Positions 1-9,230 are shown, counted from the stretch's first letter. The stretch is DNA of 64,000 nt from Spirochaetota bacterium (GCA_050298055.1 JBNKTL010000023.1:19855-83854); one strand, 5' to 3'. Translations and numbers: made by a program. The notes: generated by a model from the letters alone, not told the origin.

Positions 1-422
1 ATCTCTATGAGGTCCCTCAGGGACTCATCAACCGCGTGATCGTGAATTCTCTGTGCCAGGGCCTCGATGATATCCGGGTTGTTCCTGCTCTTTGAAAAGT
101 GCCGGTATATCTTCAGGTCGGCGCTCCTGTCGTTTTCGAAGCTGTACCCCTCCATAAGTTCCTGCCAGGTATAGAGCTCCTTCCTGTAAGGATTGTAGGG
201 GAGTCCTTCCATTGCCGGGTAGATTATCCCCCCCTTTTTTCTCACGAGTATCTCATCCTCTTCGGAAAAACTGCACCCCAGGAAAACCGTGTTATTCACT
301 GAATAGTCATTCCAGTTTATACCTGCATCATTGAGGTCAATATTTATTAACGTCATACCTGAAAAATCAGGTGGGATAGATTTCAGTTCTTCGATGGTTT
401 TAATTTCCCGTGATTTTACCAT
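1..422 (-). CDS. 5' part of a LOG-family/Rossmann-fold nucleotide-binding protein, truncated by the window edge
   Basis: Not in the ORF track. Manual translation from ATG 422: MVKSREIKTIEELK...LPYNPYRKELYTWQELMEGY...IIEALAQRIHDHAVDESL. The PxNPYR..LYT..EL and HDHA motifs resemble the N-terminus of long LOG-family proteins. Confidence 0.6.
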   Translation of the reverse strand, partial: MVKSREIKTIEELKSIPPDFSGMTLINIDLNDAGINWNDYSVNNTVFLGCSFSEEDEILVRKKGGIIYPAMEGLPYNPYRKELYTWQELMEGYSFENDRSADLKIYRHFSKSRNNPDIIEALAQRIHDHAVDESLRDLIE

Positions 423-483
423 ACAGTACTTGTCCCTTTTTTATAATTTGAACGATTAATTAAGAACATTAGAAATTCCATAA

Positions 484-670
484 CTGTTCCCCTCGATACA
501 ATTCGCCGCACTTTATAAAGAGCATAAAGCAGTGTATTAATAAAGCGGCAAATCACCCGGGGAACACAACAGTTGCTCATCGAGTGATCCTGCTGCATCT
601 CGATATACCATTTCCTAATTACAGGGAGCTGGATCGTATCGAGATGAGCCACGCTGCGCTCGCTGTGACA
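484..670 (+). repeat. ~185-bp composite palindromic (REP/MITE-like) element, copy 1
   Basis: Collinear with 54081-54268, with blocks such as CCCCTCGATACAATT, GCCGCACTTTATAAAGAGCATAAA, GGGGAACACAACAG, GCTCATCGAGTGATCCTGC and GGATCGTATCGAGATGAGC. Nested inverted repeats. Confidence 0.9.
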
Positions 671-729
671 GGTATAAGGAAGATTTTTTCTTAACCCGGA
701 ACGTGAAACACGGAACCCGAAACTTTTTA

Positions 730-1080
730 TTACCCCCCCGCTCTCTTCACATTAAAACCTTTGCCGGTGAGAAATTTAACGATCATCTCTACCCTGTCTC
801 CCTGGATAACAATGGTCCCCTCTTTCACCGTGCCCCCGGTCCCGGACTTCTGTTTCAGTTCCCTGGCCAGGTCGGAGAGGACGGTCCCGGAGGGAAGGCC
901 GTAGATCACCGAGACCGTCTTGCCTCCCCGTCCCTTGCTCTCCCTCTGTACCCTGACCACGCCGTCTTTCAGGGACGCGGGTGTCCCGGGACTCCCGCCC
1001 TTCTTCTTTTTCTTCCCCGGGGATTTCCCTGTATCTCTCAGGTCTCCCTTTTCCGATGAATAAACGAGTTTATCTGACAT
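730..1080 (-). CDS. yciH: SUI1-family translation initiation factor
   Basis: LVYSSE N-terminus; RESKGRGGKTVSVI, LKQKSGTGGTVKEG and IQGD motifs; GGAG RBS. Confidence 0.92.
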   Translation of the reverse strand: MSDKLVYSSEKGDLRDTGKSPGKKKKKGGSPGTPASLKDGVVRVQRESKGRGGKTVSVIYGLPSGTVLSDLARELKQKSGTGGTVKEGTIVIQGDRVEMIVKFLTGKGFNVKRAGG

Positions 1081-1089
1081 AGGAGTAAG

Positions 1090-1596
1090 CTACTTCTCAA
1101 TTATGGAGTCCCACTGGCTGATCCTGTCTGAGACTGAATCGAACAGTTCTCCGGTATCACCTTCAATAGTAATACTCTCAATACCGTCACCCTGCACTAT
1201 TTCGTTCACAACTTCGAAATCACAATTGCTCACCACCGATCCGAAGACCGTGTGCTTCCCGTCGAGCCAGGGTGTGGGAACATGGGTAATGAAAAACTGG
1301 CTCCCGTTGCTATTGGGACCGGAATTTGCCATGGAGAGCTTACCCGGTTTATCGTGCTTCAGGTCTTCCCGGCATTCATCTTCAAACCTGTAGCCGGGGT
1401 TTCCTCTTCCCGTTCCGTCGGGACATCCCCCCTGTATCATGAAATCATCTATGACCCGGTGAAATATGAGGCCGTCGTAAAATCCGTGCTGTGCAAGATT
1501 GACAAAATTTGCCACGGTCAGGGGGGTCTTGTCCGGGTAGAGGTCCAGCCTGATATCCCCTTTTACGGTTTTTATTATCGCTCGTAATGAACTCAT
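1090..1596 (-). CDS. Cyclophilin-type peptidyl-prolyl cis-trans isomerase
   Basis: [38 protein letters not shown] and [10 protein letters not shown]. Start moved to ATG 1596 (GGAG RBS). Confidence 0.95.
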   Translation of the reverse strand: MSSLRAIIKTVKGDIRLDLYPDKTPLTVANFVNLAQHGFYDGLIFHRVIDDFMIQGGCPDGTGRGNPGYRFEDECREDLKHDKPGKLSMANSGPNSNGSQFFITHVPTPWLDGKHTVFGSVVSNCDFEVVNEIVQGDGIESITIEGDTGELFDSVSDRISQWDSIIEK

Positions 1597-1756
1597 ATAT
1601 CTTCTCCATCTGTTTCTATGAATTTTGGCTGTAAAGCTATCCATCGACGGTTTTATGTCAACGAATAAAAATGAAGGCACCGGCAGACATGAGTGACTGT
1701 TTCTTAACTTACTTATCCTTATTTAATAAAAATATTTACAAGTGGTTAGTTGTTCT

Positions 1757-2428
1757 CTATTCTCCCTTTAGGATATTTTCAATTTTTTTTAAGTCAATAT
1801 ATTTGTCATCACCGTAATAGACACACTCAAAACCGTGACGGTTGTCCCTGACAAATATACTATAATTTTTTGTATGAAAATCAGGGACTTCTTTAATATG
1901 CTTTTCAATCATATCACGTCTTTGCTCAAATTGTTTTACCCTCTTTTTTTCTTCTTCAGTTTGTGCAAAATACGAACCCTGTTTATTGCGGGTCAGATGG
2001 GTCAGTTTGTATTGTTTTGGCAAATTATCAATGAGCTTTCTCATTAAATCATTGCCTTTTTTTATATCTTTGAGCTTTTTCTGTGACCAGCGAGGTTCAA
2101 ATAAAAAACGGTAGGTAGAATAATCTTTTCGTCCGTTTTTTACATAGTTTTCGTAAAAGTATTTTTCATCTTTTATAAGCGGCAGGCTGACGCATACATA
2201 AAAATAATATTTCTTTTTACTTGTAATGAGTATTTTGTCAGCTGTTACAGTGAGGTCCCAACCCTGGCCAATGTTTTGGTTTATTTGCTGTTGTGCTTTT
2301 TTGCTTATCAATTCCCGGGCCATCAGTGATGACGCAGAGAAAACTATTAATAATATAAAAAATGATATATGGTGCCTCTTCATAATAATACTCCAAATAA
2401 TTGATTGATAATTAATAGTGTTCCTCAT
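1757..2428 (-). CDS. Hypothetical secreted, Lys-rich protein
   Basis: 223-aa AT-rich ORF with signal-peptide-like MKRHHISFFILLIVFSASSLMA. The true start may be this internal Met. Confidence 0.7.
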   Translation of the reverse strand: MRNTINYQSIIWSIIMKRHHISFFILLIVFSASSLMARELISKKAQQQINQNIGQGWDLTVTADKILITSKKKYYFYVCVSLPLIKDEKYFYENYVKNGRKDYSTYRFLFEPRWSQKKLKDIKKGNDLMRKLIDNLPKQYKLTHLTRNKQGSYFAQTEEEKKRVKQFEQRRDMIEKHIKEVPDFHTKNYSIFVRDNRHGFECVYYGDDKYIDLKKIENILKGE

Positions 2429-2488
2429 CCTTTTAATCTAAAAATATAAAGTGGAGAAAAATATTGTCAATGCATGCACTGATTCAAT

Positions 2489-2532
2489 GGGTCACAATGC
2501 ACTTTATCAGAATTTGTGCGACCGTCACGGTC
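2489..2532 (+). repeat. 44-bp direct repeat, copy 1 (downstream of Imm11-like gene)
   Basis: GGGTCACAATGCACTTTATCAGAATTTGTGCGACCGTCACGGTC; 36/44 ungapped identity to 3233-3276. Confidence 0.85.
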
Positions 2533-2542
2533 CAGCATGTAA

Positions 2543-3145
2543 TCAACCGGCCCATTCTCCATCTGCAGAGAAGATGATGCCCGGAATTCCGGCTTTTTCG
2601 ACCGCTTCTTTGATCAAGTGATGGACAACGATCGCACTACAGTTTTCTGCCAATCGAAACAGTAAAAGACCTCGTGTTTTGGACTCATCGATGACCAGCG
2701 CATCGAAGTCCGTGCTATGGAGTGAAGCCCTGTTTTCGTGCGGCATTAACACGGACCTGTCAAGGTCGGCAGCCGCTACGAGGCCGATCACATTGAAAGC
2801 AACATAGTTCGTGTGTGTGATGTTGTTCACTTCGTCCTTGAGCCGGGCGGGAAATGTTTCGAGGTTATCGACCCCGGCTGACTTTAGTGTTTCAAACAGA
2901 TCAATTCGCATGACCGGAAATGCTTCCGCATCGAACAGGACTTTCGGCCTTGAGGGCGGCGTCACCGTTTCGTCTTCATCATCATCGTAAAAGGGCTCCT
3001 CCACGTCGAGTGTATAATCAAGGACATCCGGCACCGGAATCTGCAGCAATTGGCCGCGATACCACGGACCACCAGGCAAATTCGGTCCCCTGGATATGCT
3101 AACGCTGGGGTAGGGCCCCTCTCCCACCATGACATAATACGGCAT
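2543..3145 (-). CDS. Imm11/DUF1629-like polymorphic-toxin immunity protein (orphan)
   Basis: Acidic 200-aa protein with GVDNLETFPA, NYVAFNVIGLVAAADLDRS, LVIDESK..GLLLFRLAE and IVVH..IKEAVEKAGIPG, the pattern typical of Imm11. GGAGG RBS. Confidence 0.7.
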   Translation of the reverse strand: MPYYVMVGEGPYPSVSISRGPNLPGGPWYRGQLLQIPVPDVLDYTLDVEEPFYDDDEDETVTPPSRPKVLFDAEAFPVMRIDLFETLKSAGVDNLETFPARLKDEVNNITHTNYVAFNVIGLVAAADLDRSVLMPHENRASLHSTDFDALVIDESKTRGLLLFRLAENCSAIVVHHLIKEAVEKAGIPGIIFSADGEWAG

Positions 3146-3232
3146 TTTTTAATCCTCCAGTTTGCTGACGTTTTTTTATAGGAACTTTCTCCTATTATAA
3201 TAGTATCCACTGAATGCAAACACCGCTAGAAA

Positions 3233-3276
3233 GGGACATACTGCATTTTATAAGGATTTGTGAGACCGTCACGATC
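3233..3276 (+). repeat. 44-bp direct repeat, copy 2 (upstream of Imm11-like gene)
   Basis: GGGACATACTGCATTTTATAAGGATTTGTGAGACCGTCACGATC; same orientation as 2489-2532. Confidence 0.85.
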
Positions 3277-3650
3277 GACGATCACGGATGATCAAGTGCA
3301 GAGCGCGGACACGATGTCCAATGAGCGCTCTGCCCACCAGTAATTAAAATTTCGCGCCGCAAATCGTCCAAAAATTCTCGCCGGACCTCATCTTCTTATT
3401 ATGAAATTATTAGTGCAGTGTATTTTTGTCAATTCAAGTTTATTTAACTTATTAAGTTCCGGATTTTCTTCAAAAGAATGTTCAACTACTCTTGCCCAGG
3501 TGTGCTTTCCAGGTTTATTAATGAAGATGAACCCTCAAAACATCACCTGGCCCTGGTCCCGGAATTCCGGTCACACCCATTACATAGCCGGTTTATCACA
3601 CAATATATTTTATTGACAAATTAATTTAAATTATCCATTATTGAAGTGCT

Positions 3651-4040
3651 ATGAGTAACAGATCCGCCGATTGGTTTAAACAGGCTGAAAGGGACCTTGA
3701 ACAGGCAAGGGACTCAATGAATGCCCTGAGGCATGAGTGGGCCTGTTTTGCATGCCACCAGGGGGCCGAGAAAGCCCTGAAGGCTCTGCACCTCTATTTC
3801 AACCAGGAAGCCTGGGGCCATGTTATTCGGACTCTTATTGAAGAACTTCCCCACAGCATAAACATTCCCGAAGGATTAATCGACAAGGCGCGGGTACTTG
3901 ATGCTTATTATATCCCTACACGGTATGCAAACGGGCACCCCGAAGGATCTCCCTATGAGCATTACGGAAAAATTCAGAGCGAGGAGGCCATTAAGTATGC
4001 CGGTGAGATCATTGACTTCTGCCGTTCTCAAATGGCCTGA
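3651..4040 (+). CDS. HEPN-domain protein (HEPN-MNT module)
   Basis: WFKQAERDL, WACFACHQGAEKALKA, WGH and LDAYYIPTRY motifs. Confidence 0.9.
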   Translation: MSNRSADWFKQAERDLEQARDSMNALRHEWACFACHQGAEKALKALHLYFNQEAWGHVIRTLIEELPHSINIPEGLIDKARVLDAYYIPTRYANGHPEGSPYEHYGKIQSEEAIKYAGEIIDFCRSQMA

Positions 4041-4374
4041 CCGGGAAGAAGTTCTCAGTAAGGCCGGGAAGCTTGCCTCCCGGGCGGCCGGAGCGGACAG
4101 TTCAATAGAAATGATAATAGCCTACGGTTCAATTACAGAACCCCAACGCTGGGGAGTGGGCAGCGACCTTGATATAATACTAGTGGTCGCAGAAACAGAC
4201 AGACCCTTTATAGAAAGAAGCGGTTACTATGATTTTGGTTCACCGGGAGTTCCCGTGGATATGACCGTTTATACGGTTGAAGAATTCCGGAAATTGAGGG
4301 CTGAAGGGAGGTCCCTGGCAAAAAAACTGGAAACACACTCTCTCGTCCTTTTTAAAAAATCAGGTAAATGGTGA
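3997..4374 (+). CDS. Minimal nucleotidyltransferase (MNT)
   Basis: YGS...GSDLDIILVV and VPVD motifs. Start MPVRSLTSAVLKWP at ATG 3997 with GAGGAGG RBS; overlaps the HEPN 3' end. Confidence 0.88.
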   Translation: MPVRSLTSAVLKWPDREEVLSKAGKLASRAAGADSSIEMIIAYGSITEPQRWGVGSDLDIILVVAETDRPFIERSGYYDFGSPGVPVDMTVYTVEEFRKLRAEGRSLAKKLETHSLVLFKKSGKW

Positions 4375-4486
4375 CTCAACCTTATCATTGACTTTTTCTC
4401 TCACTCATTAATATCCGTAAAAAAACTTTACAGTAAAACCACCTCATATATACCTGCCTCAATCACCGGCGACAAGAATAAGCGTA

Positions 4487-5569
4487 TTGACAATAATGAA
4501 ACTACCGGAAAACCACAGAAAAGACTTCTTCTTCCACCTCACACCTGACGTGATCATTAAATCACTGGAAGAGTGCGGCTTTGAGCCAACGGGGCACTGC
4601 ATGGCATTGAACAGCTATGAGAACCGTGTCTACGACCTGAAGCTTGAAGACGGGTCACATGTTGTGACCAAGTTCTACAGGCCGGGAAGATGGAGCAGGG
4701 AACAGATAGAGGAGGAGCACAGGTTTATCCTTGACCTCCAGGATGACGAGATACCTGTCTGCGCTCCCCTTTTTATCGATGAAGATAAAACGATCAGGGA
4801 GATCGAGGGGATATACTACGCGGTCTGGCCCCGTACCGGGGGAAGAAGCGCCGACGAGTTTTCCGACCAGCAGCTGGAAGTCCTGGGGAGGCTCCTTGCC
4901 CGGATCCACAACATGGGGGCGGTAAAAAACGCGGACCACCGCATCAGCCTCACTTCGGATAACTACGCGCGGCAGCCGCTGCAGTTTCTTCTGGAGAATA
5001 ATTTTCTTCCCGCTCACTGCAGGGAGAGGTTCGAAAGCGCTGTTAATGAAGTTGCGGATATCTACGACATCCTGAGTAAAGATGTACCCTTTCACAGGAT
5101 CCATGGAGACTGTCATCCGGGGAACCTCCTCTCCGGGGACCGGGGATGGTTCTTCCTGGACTTTGATGATTTTCTCACCGGCCCGGCGGTCCAGGATGTC
5201 TGGATGCTGGTCCCGGCCCGGGACCCCGAAGGGCTTCGCCAGCGGGAGGTATTTCTCAATGCCTACAGGCAGTTCAGGGACTTCGAGGATTCATGGCTGA
5301 AGCTGGTGGAACCGCTCAGGTCCCTGAGATTCATCTGGTACGCGGGATGGATTGCCCGGCGATGGGAAGACCCTGCTTTTCCCGCGGCTTTCCCCCACTT
5401 CGGGACACCGGAGTTCTGGGAGGACGAGACCGCCGACCTGGAGGACCAGCTCGACCTGATTCACCAGCGAAGCGAAGAACTCCCGGAATCTCTCAGGCGT
5501 GATGACGCGGATGAAGAAGAAAAGGAGGAACTCTCCAACAAGGATTTCTTCTGGGACTGGGAAGACTAG
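4487..5569 (+). CDS. srkA: Stress-response Ser/Thr kinase SrkA/RdoA (APH fold)
   Basis: ALNSYENRVY, KFYRPGRWS, IHGDCHPGN, LDFDD, GPAVQDVW and RRWEDPAFPAAFP. Confidence 0.92.
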   Translation: MTIMKLPENHRKDFFFHLTPDVIIKSLEECGFEPTGHCMALNSYENRVYDLKLEDGSHVVTKFYRPGRWSREQIEEEHRFILDLQDDEIPVCAPLFIDEDKTIREIEGIYYAVWPRTGGRSADEFSDQQLEVLGRLLARIHNMGAVKNADHRISLTSDNYARQPLQFLLENNFLPAHCRERFESAVNEVADIYDILSKDVPFHRIHGDCHPGNLLSGDRGWFFLDFDDFLTGPAVQDVWMLVPARDPEGLRQREVFLNAYRQFRDFEDSWLKLVEPLRSLRFIWYAGWIARRWEDPAFPAAFPHFGTPEFWEDETADLEDQLDLIHQRSEELPESLRRDDADEEEKEELSNKDFFWDWED

Positions 5570-6471
5570 AGAAGGGAAGAGATATATCCGAACGTCTCGG
5601 CAAGGCTCCCCAGTGTCCGTGAGTTTTCCAGTGAGGTGATCTTCTCCCAGTTATCCCTGATCTCTTCGGCGGTGATCTCCCTTTTCCCGTCCCCCAGGAG
5701 AACGCCCCCGGCGCACATAACGGCTGTCCGGCTGTACCACCCGCCGAGACAGTTGAAGATCATGTTTCTCTCCCTGTTCTCTTCAGAAGCAAGGTAAAGG
5801 ACCAGGGGGGTGATGAACTCCGGTTTGACCCTCTCCTTGAGATTTCCCGGCAGGATATTTTCGGTCATCCTCGTATGGGCGGCGGGAGCGATTGTATTGC
5901 AGAGGATATCGTACTTTGCCGTCTCCACCCCCAGAACATTCATAAATCCCACAAGGCCCATCTTCGCCGCGCCGTAATTTGCCTGGCCGAAGTTACCGTA
6001 GAGCCCGGAACCGGAGGAGGTCAGGATGATCCTCCCGTAGTTCTTCTCCTTCATATGGGCAAGGGCGGGTTTCGTGACGCAGAATGCACCCCTGAGATGT
6101 ACCTCCTGGACCCGGTCCCAGTCCTCTATTGTCATCTTCCCCAGGGAGCTGTCCCTGATGATCCCGGCATTGTTGATCAGGACATCCACCGTACCAAATT
6201 CATCAACGGCCTGTTTGATGATACTTTCGCCCCCTTCAGGGGTGGCAACAGTATCGTAGCTGGAAATCGCCTTCCCCCCTGCTTCTCTGATCTCCGCAAC
6301 AACATTGTCCGCGGGTTTATTGTCGCTCCCGGACCCGTCAACGCCCTTTCCCGGGTCGTTAACCAGGACAGCAGCTCCCCGTCCGGCCAGGGCCAGGGCA
6401 TAGAGACGGCCCAGTCCGGCGCCTCCCCCGGTGACAACGGCAACTTTGTTTTCAAAATTAATATCTGACAT
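5566..6471 (-). CDS. SDR oxidoreductase, MFE-2-like 3-hydroxyacyl-CoA dehydrogenase
   Basis: TGGGAGLG, VND, NNAGIIRD, and SSGSGLYGNFGQANYGAAK (YxxxK). Confidence 0.9.
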   Translation of the reverse strand: MSDINFENKVAVVTGGGAGLGRLYALALAGRGAAVLVNDPGKGVDGSGSDNKPADNVVAEIREAGGKAISSYDTVATPEGGESIIKQAVDEFGTVDVLINNAGIIRDSSLGKMTIEDWDRVQEVHLRGAFCVTKPALAHMKEKNYGRIILTSSGSGLYGNFGQANYGAAKMGLVGFMNVLGVETAKYDILCNTIAPAAHTRMTENILPGNLKERVKPEFITPLVLYLASEENRERNMIFNCLGGWYSRTAVMCAGGVLLGDGKREITAEEIRDNWEKITSLENSRTLGSLAETFGYISSLL

Positions 6472-6510
6472 GACTCCTCCTCTCTTAAGAAATGTTTATG
6501 GTCACCTCTA

Positions 6511-6569
6511 AAAACCGGTAGTTACCAAATTCCCAAATATCATAACTACCGGTTTTATCGGGATGTCAA
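6511..6569 (-). promoter_or_regulatory. SDR promoter with a perfect 14-bp inverted repeat (candidate operators)
   Basis: AAAACCGGTAGTTA (6511-6524) and TAACTACCGGTTTT (6543-6556); minus-strand TTGACA at 6569-6564 and TATGAT at 6544-6539. Confidence 0.5.
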
Positions 6570-6681
6570 GACCTTATCGAAATTTCCCCATTCGGGAAGA
6601 TTGCGGCAGGAAGCACCGGATCGAAAATACGTAATTCTCAGAAAAACCATTGATTTAATTGGGGAAATAACCGGAGATAAA

Positions 6682-8970
6682 TCAACCGCCGCTCATGGCT
6701 ACCAGAAACTCGATCCTGTCGCCGTTTGAGAACTTCAGGCTCTCAAGACCGCTCAATACCATTTTCCCGTTGAGACTGAAACTGACTTCCGGTTTCCCGA
6801 GGATATCTTTCAGTCCCGGGTACATTCCGTCTACCTCATTATAGAGGTCATCCATGCTTTCAATTTCACGGGTTATGGTGATACGCCCCTCAGGAACACG
6901 GCCGGTTATCGCGGGGTTGATGACAACATCAATGTTGAACCCGAAAACCAGCCTGTTCAGCTCCCCTCTCACCCCGGCAACGGGGAGCCCTTCTTCATTG
7001 AGCATACAGAGGCGGTAATACCTGTCCAGCATTTCGTTGAACTCTTCCCTGTGAATAAACTCTCCCTCGTAAGGCCCTCCCTTTACCGGTTCACTCATCC
7101 ATCTCTCGGGGAGGGTATCGTCGCTTTTCCTGATCCCCAGTGAGTAGTTGATCATCCGCTCAAGGTCCCTGATGTTCTTCCCCACAGCGTTGAGTTCTTC
7201 CGGGGAGATCTCAATGCCATGGATATTTTTTATCTGCTGCGACCATGTATTGAACTCCGGAAGATTTGGCGAATTAAAATACTTTGTGGTAAACCGGCAC
7301 GCTCCCAGGGAATCCCCCACGGCGTAGACCTCGTCACACATCTTGACCGTGTATTCCTTTCCCTTGTATGAATTGGGAGTGCCGTCCACATCCCCCCCGT
7401 AGAGTTCTTTCTTATATTCGGGATCATCGTTAATCCGGGCGTTTACCTCCAGGGCGGGCCTGTTGCGCAGGTGATCAAATCCCCGTGTGGAGACCGCGAC
7501 ACCCAGGGCAAGGGCCTTGATGATCCTGGTATCGTGGGGATCGGACTGCATGAGGTTCTTTATTGTCATTCTGTATTTGAGGGCTTCCTCCGGGTAGAAA
7601 CCCTTCTCCACGGCCCGGGAACCTGCGGCGAGGACCTTTCCGAAACCTTCCCCCTTTGACATGAGAAAGAGCATCCGTGCTACCGTTACCGGATCCCCCC
7701 ATCCCAGCTTGAATCCCGTGTCCTTTTCACTAATGAGCCCTTTCTCAAAACACTCCATGGCCCATGCTATGGCACCTCCCGTTCCGGAGCTGTCAAGTCC
7801 CAGGTCGTTCAGGATATTGTTCAGGTAAATTACTGCCGCGGGATCGTCCACCCCTATGTTGGAGCCGAACTTCCCCACGGTAACATATTCGGGACCGTCC
7901 CCTTCCAGGTACGACTCCCCGTGGAAACCCATCTCGTTGGCAAGTTTAATCATGTCGGATACGGGACTCCTCTCCCGGGCGGAAGTGATATCCATCCATG
8001 GCCGGCATCGTACGGAGCATTTGTAGCATCCGTTCATCCCTGTCCGGTATTCGTCAAGATTTTCCGAATCGAGACTATCGGAAAAACAGGTCTCGCTGTT
8101 ATTCTTTGTCCCCACCGCCCATATCTTCCGGGATACTTTATAGAGAAAGGGTGTTCCCACTGTGGAGAGGACCTTGTAAACACCGGTGTTTTTCACCTCT
8201 TCGATGATCTTCCTGTTCAGACCAGTGGCGCTTTCCTTATCCGCATAGGTAAATTTTCTTCTGTTTCGATTTATGAGAAGGATCCCCTTGAGTTTCATTG
8301 ACCCCATCTTGGCCCCGGACCCGCCCCGGGCGTGTATTGCCTTAATCCCTGCCATGACACCGGCAGTCACACAGCCTTTTTCACCGGGAGAAGTTACATT
8401 GAGCATTGAGAGGTCCCGGCCCAGCTTTCCCTTATAGCACGTCTCAATCTCACTGCGTAATTGAAGATTGTTCATCCCCCACCACTTTGCGGCATCTTCA
8501 AACCGGATCTCCCCCTTCTCAATGATCATGAGAACCGGCGAGTCGGAGATATTATAGAGGACCAGGTGATCGAATCCGCACATCTTTAAATAGGAGGCAA
8601 ACTCATCCCCTGCGTTGGCGTCAAGAATGATCCCCGATTCGGGAGACCAGCCGGTAATATTTCCCCGGGAACTGGAGGGGATGATCCCGGACAACAATCC
8701 GGACCCATAGATGAGAGGCGTGGAGGGATCCAGGGGGGAGGTTTCGGGATCCAGCAGATTCGCCAGAAGGAACATATTGACACCCCTCCCTCCAATAAAT
8801 GAACGGATGATATCCATGGGAAGATAGGATTTGCGGGTTGTCCCTGTTTTCAGGTCAACGAAGGCCGTATATCCCTGGTTCTCGAACTGCTTCTCCCGGG
8901 ACATCCTCTTTATCAGCTCTTCTACCTGTGTATCGATGGTGTTCATTGTTCTACTCACATTTTTCTCCAA
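6682..8970 (-). CDS. Aldehyde:ferredoxin oxidoreductase (W/Mo-bispterin) with fused C-terminal MoaD/ThiS-like domain
   Basis: FIGGRG, RGGSGAKMGSMKLKGI, GCYKCSVRC plus GACRF (4Fe-4S ligands), GPEY and DTLPERW. Tail SFSLNGK...GDRIEFLVAMSGG. Start may be 8946. Confidence 0.9.
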   Translation of the reverse strand: MEKNVSRTMNTIDTQVEELIKRMSREKQFENQGYTAFVDLKTGTTRKSYLPMDIIRSFIGGRGVNMFLLANLLDPETSPLDPSTPLIYGSGLLSGIIPSSSRGNITGWSPESGIILDANAGDEFASYLKMCGFDHLVLYNISDSPVLMIIEKGEIRFEDAAKWWGMNNLQLRSEIETCYKGKLGRDLSMLNVTSPGEKGCVTAGVMAGIKAIHARGGSGAKMGSMKLKGILLINRNRRKFTYADKESATGLNRKIIEEVKNTGVYKVLSTVGTPFLYKVSRKIWAVGTKNNSETCFSDSLDSENLDEYRTGMNGCYKCSVRCRPWMDITSARERSPVSDMIKLANEMGFHGESYLEGDGPEYVTVGKFGSNIGVDDPAAVIYLNNILNDLGLDSSGTGGAIAWAMECFEKGLISEKDTGFKLGWGDPVTVARMLFLMSKGEGFGKVLAAGSRAVEKGFYPEEALKYRMTIKNLMQSDPHDTRIIKALALGVAVSTRGFDHLRNRPALEVNARINDDPEYKKELYGGDVDGTPNSYKGKEYTVKMCDEVYAVGDSLGACRFTTKYFNSPNLPEFNTWSQQIKNIHGIEISPEELNAVGKNIRDLERMINYSLGIRKSDDTLPERWMSEPVKGGPYEGEFIHREEFNEMLDRYYRLCMLNEEGLPVAGVRGELNRLVFGFNIDVVINPAITGRVPEGRITITREIESMDDLYNEVDGMYPGLKDILGKPEVSFSLNGKMVLSGLESLKFSNGDRIEFLVAMSGG

Positions 8971-9230
8971 ATTGCCTGTTCAATTGGCTATATTACAGTT
9001 TTTGCACCTGGATGATATTTGTCAGATAATAAAGCCCTCTATATAGCTACATTATAGCCATTTTATACTCTCATGACTTTCAATGCAAATACTAAAATAT
9101 TTAAAATATGTCAATTTTAGACAGAGCTGAGGAGTAACCAGGATAAACCACCCGGTGATGTTTGACTCGGCAGACAATTATGAATTTATTGATAATATGA
9201 GTAATTTTGCGATCCATACTTCGTCACCGG

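Noticed and set aside
416..652. 78-aa ORF, and the 79-aa ORF at 54076-54315
   Set aside because: Both lie within the palindromic repeat, on opposite strands in the two copies, so no coding frame is conserved.
2489..3276. Integron attC cassette interpretation of the Imm11 repeats
   Set aside because: No RYYYAAC/GTTRRRY ends, no long attC palindrome and no integrase.
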